DNA of 64,000 nt, taken from contig OX597822.1 in assembly GCA_951406725.2 (NCBI GenBank), forward strand, positions 81,034,001 to 81,098,000. The letters are read 5' to 3'. This document shows, in pieces, positions 27,381 through 39,684 of this stretch (the first letter of the stretch is position 1; each line of letters opens with the position of its first letter). The notes below the pieces were generated by a model. The model saw only the letters and a list, made by a program, of their open reading frames with translations, ran no database searches and was not told where the DNA came from. The DNA comes from Octopus vulgaris (Eukaryota). A program made the translations under genes and the position numbers.

Positions 27381-29386
27381 ACATATATAGACATATGCAT
27401 ACATATATATGTACATATCTATATGTATACCTATTTATGTGTGTGTATGTGTTTGTATGTATATCTATGTATATATAAATATATCCATATACAACGATAG
27501 ATAGATATAGATACATACATACAATACACATGCATATGCATATACAGACATATATATTAGTCTACAATATTGCTTAACCACAATTAGTCATGGCTAATCA
27601 ATGCATTGAAACCAGAACCATATACAGTACTGGGCCTCTTATCCGACTTCCAGAAATCCATCAATAATGAACAATATTAAGCAATACTCTTTATCCTGGA
27701 TTGAGTAAAGAGAGCTGTTTTTGAAGCTGGTTAATTTGCATACAGTGTGTTAGAAACAGTTTGGTACTTTACTTAGGTTTATTGATAACGATTAAATATA
27801 TTCAGCATCAGAAACGTATTAATTTGCACCTGTAAGCTTTAAATACAATTATTTTCTTCCTTTAATTTTCATCCGACAAACATTATACTTTATACATGAT
27901 AGATTATGATAAATGCGAAGAGTTTTAAATGTTTTAGCAAATATCAAACAAACCCTGCTTTAGAAGTCTTTTAATTACCACTTAGTTCTTTTCATAGTTT
28001 ATTTTATATTTTCAGTCTGTATTTAGGCTGTCTCTCTAAAAAAATCGGAATAATTTAGATATCCGGTTCGTTTCCGGCCCCAAGCTCGCCAGGTATTTAG
28101 TCTCGTACACTACTTTCACTCTTACTCATAAATTGTGCATTCTGCTGGACATTAGGCAGTGAAAAACGCCCTATCTTTGTTTTAAGCTGGAAACTGCAGT
28201 TTCCGGTTTATTTGTCTTCTAATTATATGGCCTATCCTATTCTTGGGGACAGCCAGATGATAGATTTTGTCTTTGGTCTCCAGTTCAGCCCTCAACTGCT
28301 GATCTGGGTTAAGTAATAACAAAAACTGCAATCTATATACAAGTTACATACTATCGAAAAAAGGATTAAAGATTCTTCCCTTGCTATGGGCTCATTAGAG
28401 CGAAATCTGTGGCGCCGATATTCTCCACCTTGGCCTGGGCACCGGGCACTCAAAGGATCAGTCACTTTTACCTGCTGATCGAACTGGAGCAGCGTGAACC
28501 GAATAGTTGCTACAAGATCACAACGCATCGTTTGATCCAGGAGTCGAAACTGCAATCTTATGATCATGATTGCAACACCCTAACGAGTGACCCACGTGCC
28601 ACCACGCTTAATACTCTAACCATTATATGCACGAGTTGTATGTAATACGAACGATTGCTCAGAGCACAGCACATTACTAGGCAGACGTAGATTGTGAGGA
28701 GTGATGCCCAGACGGTGTATAGATTTCTGTTTTTCTCAGAACAAGAGTTTTTTTTAGAAAACAAATGAAACTGTCGCACTCATGGGGCAATGTTAATCGA
28801 GGTGGTTCCGAAAATAGGTAGCTGAAATGGATGACCAAGAACAAACGTTCGTGTGGTCATTTGACCTGCTGATAAAAGCAGCCAGATCGCATTTAAATCG
28901 AATGCCATCGTCTTAAAGTTATGGAGGATGTATAAGACAATGTAGTTTTGTATAAACTAGTCTTCTGTCAGTAACGATAAAGAGGGTTCCATTTGATCAG
29001 ATCATCGGGACAAGCTTGCACATGGAATTAATATGCAAGTGGTTGAGAACTACACAGTCACACACATGTTTAACGTACTTCTCAGGGAGATTCAGTGTGA
29101 CACAGAATGTGAAAAAGCTGACCCTTTGAATGACAGATGCAACTCATTTTTGTCAGCTGAGTGGAATGGAGCAATGCGAAGTAAAATGTCTTGCTCAAGA
29201 ACACAACGCGACGCCAGGAACCGAACTCGTGATATTACGGTCATCAGCTGAATACCTTCACTATTAAGCGACGCGCATTCATTTAAAAAAAATCACAAAA
29301 TCCTTAACAATAACCATCAGCAACAACAACAAAACCCACAACAACAAGAGCACCAACAGCAACAACAACATGAATATTAACGACGG

Positions 29387-29610
29387 CAAGGGCGGTAACT
29401 TGGCTGAATTGTTTCCACGTCAGGCAAAATTCTTTGCGGTACCCTCGTCCATTTTTACATTCTAAGTTCAAATTCTGCCCAGGTCGACTTTGCCTCTCAT
29501 CCATCCAGGTTGATAAAACAAGTACCAGTTTTACAATGAGGTCAATGTAATCGATGGACGCCATCCCTCAAAATTTCTGGCCTTGTGCCTAACTTTGAAA
29601 TCAATATTAG
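29387..29610 (+). mobile_element. tRNA-derived SINE, family A monomer (degenerate)
   Basis: gggcggtaacttggctgaattgtt...aagttcaaattctgcc...gtcgactttgcctctcatcc...aagtaccag...ggccttgtgcc. Confidence 0.7.
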
Positions 29611-29700
29611 CAATGACAACAGCAAAACAATATTTACAATATGGCGTTTCGGCGAACCAATCTTTATTAATCCGCTTCTCTTCGTTTTCTTTCCAATCTC

Positions 29701-29786
<86 letters not shown>

Positions 29787-30425
29787 ACACACACACTTTC
29801 ACTGCCTTTGTCTCCTTCTCTCTCACACACACACTTTCACTGCCTTTGTCTGTCTTTCTCTCTGTCTGTCTCTCTGTCTGTCTCTCTGTCTGTCTGTCTC
29901 TCTCTCTCTCTCACTTTCTTTCTTTCTCTTTTTTAAATGAAATCCTTTCATCATCGACGTGTTTGCTAACAAGAGAACCGAGCCAATTTTAGTATCCTTG
30001 GGGTATCAGCGCCAAACGAACTGCATTTCACAGATTTCAGAAGATCAAACGTAATGACGGCCTTAAACCTCAAGCTGAGGATAGTGGAGATAACAACAAC
30101 AACAACAACAACGACGACGACGACGTTGATGATGATGATGAGAGCAACTACAATAACATACAAACATGATAACGATAATGAGAATAATAGCAATAAATTT
30201 AACGACAATAATAAATAGCAATATGTAAATCTAAGTGGTGACGATCGTCATCTTCGCCATCATAATCATCGTCCTTGTCATCATCCTTGTTGTCGTCGTC
30301 GTCATCGTAATCATCATCATCATCATCATCATCATCATAACCATCATCATTATGAAATATATATATTATAAGTGGAAGAATCCATGTACTGGACAAGAAC
30401 TCAGAACGAGCATGATTGATAAAGT

Positions 30426-30476
30426 TACTACTACTACTACTACTACTATTACTACTACTACTACTACTACTACTAC

Positions 30477-30546
<70 letters not shown>

Positions 30547-30630
30547 ATTACTACTACTACTACTACTTCCACTTACTGTTTACTAATACTCGTACTGGCA
30601 TGCACTGCTCTCTCAATCAATCACTCAATC

Positions 30631-30665
<35 letters not shown>

Positions 30666-30672
30666 CAACAAT
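30426..30672. repeat. (TAC)n/(AAT)n trinucleotide microsatellite cluster
   Basis: Directly visible. Neighbouring (ATC)n/(GAT)n tracts occur at about 30305-30350 and 31097-31150. Confidence 0.9.
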
Positions 30673-30720
30673 AAATGTTGTATGACCCTTTCACCCACGA
30701 ATAGTAAAAAAAGATGGTAA

Positions 30721-30811
<91 letters not shown>

Positions 30812-30835
30812 CAATCCTCTTAAGTACGAAATATC

Positions 30836-31078
30836 CGGGCTATGGAAAACGAAAAAGGTGCGGATTATTTTTAGATCCTAGGCATCAAGAGGAATATAAA
30901 CGAAATTGGAATAGAATACCCAGTAGAAATGTTACAAAAGGTTTGCCTCTTTGACGCGGCCAGAATAATCTGGAAAGTATTAAATAGCTGAAAAGAATGG
31001 ATTGCATGGTACCGTGGGCTGCAAGTAGTAAGCCGCTACGCATACAAGACTCCGGCAGTTCCAACAATACCTGTGATA
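30836..31078 (+). mobile_element. R4/Dong-type non-LTR retrotransposon 3' end
   Basis: 'EIGIEYPVEMLQKVCL...ARIIWKVLNS*' matches the terminal LQK..LL..ARI.RKVL motif of R4/Dong restriction-like endonuclease elements. A short 3' UTR runs into trinucleotide repeats. Confidence 0.6.
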
Positions 31079-31095
31079 AAGAGAAAATGATGAAT

Positions 31096-31150
<55 letters not shown>

Positions 31151-31171
31151 GAATAATAACAATAATAATAA

Positions 31172-31540
31172 TAATAAGAGCACTCAAAGAGTGCAAGCCT
31201 CCGCCAAGGCAACACCAATGTCCTCTCAATAATTAGCCAGATATGATTTTTTAAATGAGAATATCTGAAATAAACTCGACTGCTCTCACAAACGAGAATA
31301 CTAAAAATGAACCCGACCGTTCTCAAAAATTAAATTTAAAAAAAACAGAAAAATAATACAGAATCCTTGTCCAGTGCCAGATTGATCCCAAAATCTAATC
31401 AGTTCATGCCAGTCACAAGGCCAAATATCCCTAAAAGTTTCATCTAAATCCATCCATCGGTTCTTGAGACATCTTGCCCATGAACAAAAACAAACACGAC
31501 TGAAAAACAATACCACCGCCTTCGCTAATGTGGAGGTAAG
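31172..31540 (-). mobile_element. Helentron-associated (HINE/DINE-like) non-autonomous element
   Basis: The ends carry related cctcc-containing subterminal motifs in inverted orientation (gcctccgcca near 31197; tgtggaggtaa near 31529). There is a terminal hairpin gcactcaaagagtgc and no ORF. Confidence 0.5.
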
Positions 31541-32317
31541 AATCAATGCTGTGAGAACGATTAATGCCCATTCTATTCTTTTATTTGTTTCAGCCATGCT
31601 GGAGAACCGTCCATATGAATAATTTTTTTTCCTTCATAACTTAATTTGATTTTGCAAATGAGCAATCTGCTGTATTGATTTTAATAGCTGATCAATATAA
31701 ACATTGAGATTTTTTTTTTACTTAGGTGTCGGGAAGACACTCGGCAGAAATGGAAACAAAACTAAAAGAAGGAAAAACTCATAATAATAACAACAGCAGC
31801 AAGAATGGCAATAACAATAATAAGAAGAATAACAATGACAGATGCGTGGATTAAATTAAAAATTATGTCGGCAGTGGTAGAGAGAGACGTTCATTAGTTA
31901 AAGTGAGAAATAGTTACTATTTCATAATGAATGCAATGATGATGATGATGATGATGATTGTTGCTGTGGTGGTAATGGTGGTGGTGGTGGTAGCAATAGT
32001 GAAAGTGATAATGATGACAGCGACAACGACAGGAACTGATGATGACGCAATAAGATTTTTTTCTCTTTTCAGAAGAAATATTTAATGATTCTACGCCTTT
32101 CTACATGTTTGTTTGTGGGTTTGTGTATATATGTATTTATGTATGTATTTTTGTATGTATGTATGTATGTATGTATGTATGTATGTATGTATGTAGGTAT
32201 GTAGGTATGTATGTATGTATGTATGTATGTATGTATGTATGTATGTATGTATGTATGTATGTATGTATCTATGTATGCATGTAGGTGCTATTATGTATTG
32301 AAAATTATTTATATTTA

Positions 32318-32374
<57 letters not shown>

Positions 32375-32407
32375 ACATATTTATCTATCAAGCTATCTCT
32401 ATCTCTT

Positions 32408-32482
<75 letters not shown>

Positions 32483-33417
32483 TGATTCTGTTGTAGCAAT
32501 TTAGAGTATTTAGCGTCAAAATATTTCGTTGCATGTCTCCGAAATACTTTCTCCCTTTCTCTCATCACATTTCTTTAATAATGACCATGATTTTGCTGTC
32601 ACCATGAAGCAATCAACCTGAAGTCAATTTTACTGCCTTTGTGCTCGCCTCAACTTCGTCCGCCCTGTATGTCCGGCAAAGACCGAAATTTCTAAAATCA
32701 TTGAAAATGGTTACAACTGCAAAATAGTTGAACATTTTCTGACGAGCAACTTCAGCATTTACAACCTTTGCTAATAAGTTTTTAATTAAGGAAATAATCT
32801 TCACGTCAAGGATATAAACTTCAAAACGCTGCTTTCAGCACAAATCTGTTAAGCGATGTATGGGTCATTTTACGTGATTTTAGGCAGGTTTTAGTTAACC
32901 GCAGCGTGCTGGACACTTGGTTATGTAGGGCGTTAAGTTGTGGAGACTTACGCAGCCTATTAGCGGTAAAAGGCCTGTCAACTATTTTGATGTTACTGGT
33001 TTCAACTCCTATCAGAGCTCAGTGGGAACAGAGATCACTGATGCGGTGTGAATGTGTCTCGGTTGCAACGGCTGCCGGAAGTATTTACTGATCCTTTCTT
33101 CTGTACTTTTTTCATGCATATATATGTGTGTATACGTGCGTGTGTGTATATGTGGACTTCTCTGTGTGTGTGTGTATGTGTGTGTGTATGAGTGTGTGTG
33201 TGTGTGTGCGTGTGTGTGAGTTTGTGTGTGCGTAAAACCGTATGGTCTAATAGTTAGGGGTGCTGCATGCAATAGCGTGGTTTCGCTTCCCGAGCTGGGT
33301 GGCGTTTTGTGTGCATGAGCAAAGCACTTGATTCCCTCTTATTCTGCGATTAATGTGAAACCTGACGTAATGGAAGGGGCGAGTTTATGTACGCCACAAA
33401 CAATTAATTATATATAT

Positions 33418-33619
33418 AATTTCTCTCCTTGTTTTTCCTTGTTTCTCTCCTTGTTTTTCTCACATTTTTTCTCTCCTTGTTTTTCTGTGTACCTTTCTGT
33501 ATAAGAGCGTAGGCTCGAAACGTAAAAGACTTTTTCTATTCCTGAGCGCTATACTAATACATCTGTTTGTTTGTACAACACCTGCCTTCGTCTTTTGTTT
33601 ATTTTCGTAAACTTTCCCT

Positions 33620-33625
<6 letters not shown>
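33418..33625 (+). mobile_element. Short Penelope-type repeat with hammerhead-like motif
   Basis: cttt-ctgtata-a-GAGC-gtag-GCTC-GAAA-cgt-a-aaag, flanked by (TA)n on both sides. Confidence 0.65.
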
Positions 33626-33660
<35 letters not shown>

Positions 33661-33769
33661 TATCAAGTTACATCAAATACTGTGTTCACACAGGAAGGAT
33701 GTCAACATGTTATTGACAGAAACTGCTGTGAACTTTTAGCTCACGGTGAAAAATTATATAAACTCTATG

Positions 33770-33853
<84 letters not shown>

Positions 33854-35852
33854 GTGTATAAATATGTATGTATGTATTTGTCAATTCGAACATACCTCTC
33901 CTCCTCTCTCCCATTGCACTCTCGCATTCACGTACACAGACAAATAATTATATATCATGCAAATATGTGACTATGATTGAGTTTGCGCATAAATAACTAC
34001 TACGAATAAATGCACTAGACAATGATGTAAGTATGATACAGAACGAAGTGGCAGCCAAGTCACATCCTGGCAATAAACATGGCGCGATTACACACCTACT
34101 CATGCATGTAGATACAAACTAGAAACTAAACCAACAGCAACAACTAAAACAATAACTACTACTTTTGCATCAACAACAACAGCACCAACAACAGCAACAT
34201 CAGCATCAATGGTAGTTCAATAGCAACAAAGCAAAATGGATAAGTACAGTTTTCAGATTCGGCACAGAGTAATGATTGAAGATTGTGAGGTGATATGCAA
34301 CATCTATATTTACAGGTTGTTAAAGATCATAGAGCAAATTTGCAAATTTGTAAATGCTAATAAATGCCAATGCATACATACATACATACATACATACATA
34401 CATACATACATACATACATACATACATAAATACCTACATACATACATACATACATACATACATACATACATACATACATACATACGTAAATACATTTATA
34501 AATTCATGCATACCTATACATACATCCATATGTATGTATGTACGTATGACATAAATGACCCACTGTAACAGACGAACACGCCAACGGCGGGGAGAAATTG
34601 TTGGTTAAAGGTTGGCTTTTCATAAGTATATATTTGGCGTAAATTAGTAAATCTTTGCTGCTAAGGCGGCTACTAATTTTGGGAATTTTGGGAAACTTCC
34701 GAAGATAAAAATATTTTTAATGTCGGACTGGTGCCAAACATTCCTCCCATCATTAATATCCGCTCTGTGTTTGACTTTTGCTCTTCTTTTACCTGTTTAT
34801 TTTTTCCTGGTTTTGTCTTATTTCTTGCTTGTTTTTCTCTTTCTTGTTCTATCAATGCTTATATATGAGCGTATGCATGAGTGTGTATATATGTATTGAT
34901 AAAATACACACACACACCTATACTCACATACAAACAGACTCTCCCACACACACTTACACACATATATGATATTATATAATATATATATTTATGCAAAAAC
35001 ACCGAGCATCAAAAAATCTATAGCTTGTACCGTCTACGCTGTATAACGTAAACAAATATAGTTAGTCTCTTCATTAATTCCAATATGTTTCATGGCTTAT
35101 TGGCTGCTCCTCAGGAGAGACGCGCTCTTGATACACCTGCAAGAATAGCAGTAACATGAACGACAATAAAATGTACGATAACAACTAAAAACAAAAACAA
35201 GGAGAACAGCAACAACAACGATGCGAATATTGCACTGCAGCGAAACATTATTAAGTTCGGTGCACCGAAAGAAGACATGTTAAGACAACGTAGACATTGA
35301 CAACAAAGAACAACATCTGAGTTATACCTCTTTAACCACATGCTGACAGCGAAGACAGCCGCAACAATTTCACCAAATGTACAACAAAGATATAAATGAT
35401 TTCGTCAAAATTTACGGCTATTCATGCAAATATTGTTAAATCTGAGAAGAGCACAAAACTGTAACAGTTCTAAAGCTCAAATGAAAGGATGAGGTAGCAA
35501 AGACACATCGCCACCAGACGTACTCATCTCCAATCCATAATATGATTTTACAGTACGATACTGTAAAATCAATAACAGACAAAGCAGAAGCTAACATAGA
35601 AAAAATGTTGACTCAGGATACACCACACCCCTATACTTATATTTCTAAGAGCTATCAACATCGGAGAAGCTAGTATCCAATAGTTGTCTCAAAAGATTTA
35701 CAGAATGTACCACGGAACACTAGCAGGTCTTCTATCGTTCTTAAATCGTTACATATCTCAGCTGATTTTGCTATTATAATAGCAACTTATAATAATTTAT
35801 TATTTTTTAAATATTTTCTTAATATTTATTCAGGTTTCCAAAGTTGCCGCAT

Positions 35853-35907
35853 TTGAAGGCAAATAAGGCGGACCCTTTACCAAAAGGGTCCACCTTATTT
35901 GCCTCAA
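35853..35907. repeat. Short near-perfect inverted repeat (hairpin)
   Basis: ttgaaggcaaataaggcggacccttt-acca-aaagggtccaccttatttgcctcaa. Probably a collapsed Tc1/pogo-type MITE. Confidence 0.7.
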
Positions 35908-37375
35908 AAATATCACCTTGGTTCCTATATGCAAATACGGACCTCCCGTAAGTTACTTTTGTCCTTGATGCTCACTACTATAGCCCAATTCTAATCCAGA
36001 CAGTCATCTCTGATTAGCCTGACTCCATGAAAATATTTCCTTAAACATAATCATTATACAGTAATGTTTTCTACGACAGTTATGGCACTTTTGTAATGTT
36101 TTATAATTTACTTATACATTGCTTTAAAGATTATATGCTTTAATGTACAAAATATTTTCCGGAATATGTGCTGTTCAAATTGGGGTGCGTCTAATACGTC
36201 CGTGCATCTTTTATGAAATCAAAAATATTATAGAAATATTTCGGAAGAAAATAGTGATCATTGAGAGCATATGACACTCTCGAGTGTTTTATAGTGCCGT
36301 TAATTGCGATTTGTGAAAAAAAAACCCATGTCCAAATTTCATACTTGGTGTTTAAAATATTGCCTATAGTTTTCTCAAGCTTTTGCAGTTTTAAAATTCT
36401 GTTCTCAACACTTTGGTATACGCTACAACGTCTACATACCAATAACATTGTGTAACAAAATATTTCTCTCTTTTTTTTTTTTTGTCTTTGATAAGTGTCA
36501 TTTCCAATTGCTTCTATCTAGAAATCAAAGAAAATAAATGAAGTTATAACACTTTCCTTCAAATTCTGCTTTTGAGACATGGACATCAATGTTTTGAAAC
36601 TAAGCTATTTTTCATTACATTCAGACAGATTCCATTACATTTCAGCCATGTGTTGCTGAAGCAGAAATATCGTTATAGAAAATATTCTGCTCAAAACCAC
36701 AGATTTGCTTGTCAGTTACTTGTTCTTAACCACTTGAGCATGTCTCTTAGTAGCTGACAATATGCGCATCTCTGATCATAAGCAAACGTAACAGGGAAGC
36801 ATCATGGCCATCTGTTGAGACGGATTCTATGGCTTTTGAGTAAATGTAAAAAAAAAGCGTAGTTTGAAGGAAATATTAGCCATGCGTCATACTTTCTAGT
36901 GTAAACAAATAGGAAATAACAGTTGCTACTCGAGGACAAAAATCGTATTATACAATGTAATCTTAGGTTTCCATGGTCCAGGCTACCTCCCAAGCTATCA
37001 ATAGATTCTACAGTGTAGAATAGTTCAATTAACGTTAGCAATATTATCAAACAAATGTATCACCTATAAATATGAACGCGATTCACTCGACTGAACGAAT
37101 TTCACTGCAAACATATGATGGTGCGCCAAGTGAAGAGAAATCAATATTTATTGGTTACATACCAATACCAAAGACTAACCAACACTGTTAACAATAGAAC
37201 GAGAGCAATGAAGTTGCAGAATTGTTAATGGTGATGAAGAAGGAAGTGGTTTGGGATGGAACAGAATTTCCGGCGTTCCAGCGAGTATGGCGCTACAGAA
37301 GCCGCGTTGATAGTCTCAAAAGAGGGAAAGTTAGTCATGTCGATGAAAATTGTGATTGTTTATAACTGTCCTAGT

Positions 37376-38090
37376 CATGTCAGGATTAAAACCCACAGAG
37401 GCCACTTAAAAGATTTTGGCGCCCCCATGTATATGTAATTCAAAATATAAACAACAATAAACCATAAAACAAATTTTCAGTTTTCAAAATGAAACAAAAC
37501 CGAGGGAAGATAATGTTTTGTTTCTTTGTTCCTTCTCGAGCCACGCCTAGCTCATAAGGACCGGTTTCCCGGTTTCCTTGGCGTATAGGTTCCCCACCTG
37601 GACGGGACGCCGGTCCGTCGCAGGTGAGCTGCAAGATGCAGGAGGAAAGAGTGAAAGAAGGTTGTGGCGAAAGAGTCAGCAGAAGTTCGCCGTTACCTTC
37701 TGCCGGAGCCGCGTGGAGCTTAGGTGTTTCGCTCATAAACACACACATCGCCCAGTCTCAGATTCGAACCCACGATTCCTCGACTGCGACTCCGCTGCTC
37801 TAACCACTAAGCCATGTGCTTCCTGTGTTTTGTATACTTCCCCTTTATTCAAATTTGAAAAGTTTTTAGTTACATTTTTTTAATTACAAAGTCTTTGCTC
37901 ATATCTTCACTATGACACCATGACCAATTCAAAATTATTTTTCCGATCATATAAACCGTTTTGAAAATTCTTTTAGCAAGTTAAAAGAGATTTCTTTTGT
38001 GCCGTACACCAATGATCATTTATCTGATGCCCACTAACTTTGATGCCCTAAGCATATGCTTTTCTTTGGTTATTGGTTAATCCAGTGCTG
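37376..38090. mobile_element. hAT-type MITE interrupted by a SINE
   Basis: Colinear with 3939-4342 apart from an insertion at about 37520-37822. Right end ggttaatccagtgctg. Confidence 0.65.
37520..37822 (-). mobile_element. tRNA-derived SINE, family C-related (tail type 3, V-domain-like)
   Basis: Reverse complement has the tRNA head (tggcttagtggttagagc...gggttcgaatc) and the tail ctgcgacggaccggcgtcccgtccagg...gaaaccgggaaaccgg. Confidence 0.75.
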
Positions 38091-38189
38091 ATCCCAATCA
38101 ATCATCGAAAAGTTAAAAGTGGAGTCAATGGGTTGGTAGTTGGCAGGGGTCTCAGGCATTGGCCCCAAGGTAGGAAAACAGTCTAATTA

Positions 38190-38440
38190 CTTCTTAATCT
38201 TCCAAACCCCGAAAGGATGAAAGACAAAGTCGACCTCGGCGGAATTTGAACTCAGAACGTAAAGACAGACGAAATACCTATTTCTTTACTACCCACAAGG
38301 GGCTAAACACAGAGAGGACAAACAAGGACAGACAAACTGATTAAGTCGATTACATCGACCCCAGTGTGTAACTGGTACTTAATTTTATCGACCTCGAAAG
38401 GATGAAAGGCAAGGTCGACCTCGGCAAAATTTGAACTCAT
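38190..38440 (-). mobile_element. Dimeric SINE, family A (truncated)
   Basis: Same internal junction ...gtagtaaagaaata|ggtatttcgtctg as 4420-4830. Confidence 0.8.
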
Positions 38441-38500
38441 ACACGCTCACACACGCACTCATACATAAATATACGTATAAATTGTAGATGCATACACATT

Positions 38501-38533
<33 letters not shown>

Positions 38534-39324
38534 CAAATCCATGAGCTATACACACAACTTATAACACAAGCGCAAATTACATTATTCATACGCAAATTGC
38601 AAGACACGCACAAACTACCAGAAAGTTACACGCATAACAAATACAACAGACACACACGCACACAGTTAAGCGCGCGCACACACATATTCAAACAGACGAA
38701 CGGCCATTAGCTCACAAGTCTGCTTGTTATGAATTTAACTATACAAATGTAATTACTTTTTACAGATTTATTAATCAGTTTTGAGTGGATTTTTCTATTT
38801 TGGAACATATATTTTTAAAAAAGCAGCTTTCAATAAATGCTTTCATTCTATTGGAAGAAATTATATGGAATTTGTAAATAATAAATAACTTTTTTTTAAG
38901 CGCTGCATGCGTGCATTTGTGAATGAGAGGCGAATAAATGATTTATATGTAAATTCTATATTTGCATATCTGTGCTGCCCTTACTCGGTGATCCGTCTTT
39001 GGACGCTTTCATAAACATAAACGTTTGTAGTTCGTTTTGAAATTTAGAATTCGAAGTTATTAATAATTCTTTCTACTATTCTCCCATTCTGTTATTCTAT
39101 TCTTATTTTACTGGTTTCGTGTAATTTTGACTGTGGCCATGCTGGAGCACCGCCTTTTAGTCGAAGAAATCGACCTCTGGGACTTATTCCTTGTAAGCCT
39201 GGTACTTATTCTATCGGTCTCTTTTTCCGAACCGCTCAGTTACGGGGATGTAAATACACCAACATCGGTTTTCAAGTAGTGGTGGAAGGAAAAACACAGA
39301 CACAAGCACACAAATATATATATA

Positions 39325-39515
39325 TAGTTGAAATTTGCAGAAAAACAAAAGACGAAGACAGGTTTATGAACAACAAGCAGGTGTATTAGTTTGACGCCCG
39401 GGAAAGTGAGAAAGTTCTTTACGTTTCGAGCCTACGCTCTTCAACAGAAAGGAATATGAGAAAATAAACAGAGAGAATAAAAAGAACTTGTGGATCTAGC
39501 GATCAATCAATCATG
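39325..39515 (-). mobile_element. Short Penelope-type hammerhead repeat nested in a family B SINE
   Basis: Minus strand reads cctttctgttgaagagcgtaggctcgaaacgtaaag. It sits at the internal microsatellite of the SINE at 39110-39680. Confidence 0.7.
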
Positions 39516-39684
39516 GCGACGACAGGCTTCTTTTAGTTTCTGTCTACCAAATCCACTCACAAGGATTTTGTCCTCCCGAGGCAATATAGTAGAAGATAGT
39601 TGCCCAAGGTATCACGCAGTGGGACTGAACCCGGAACCATATGGTCGAGAAGCAAGCTTCTTTATTTCATTACATTTGCCATAA

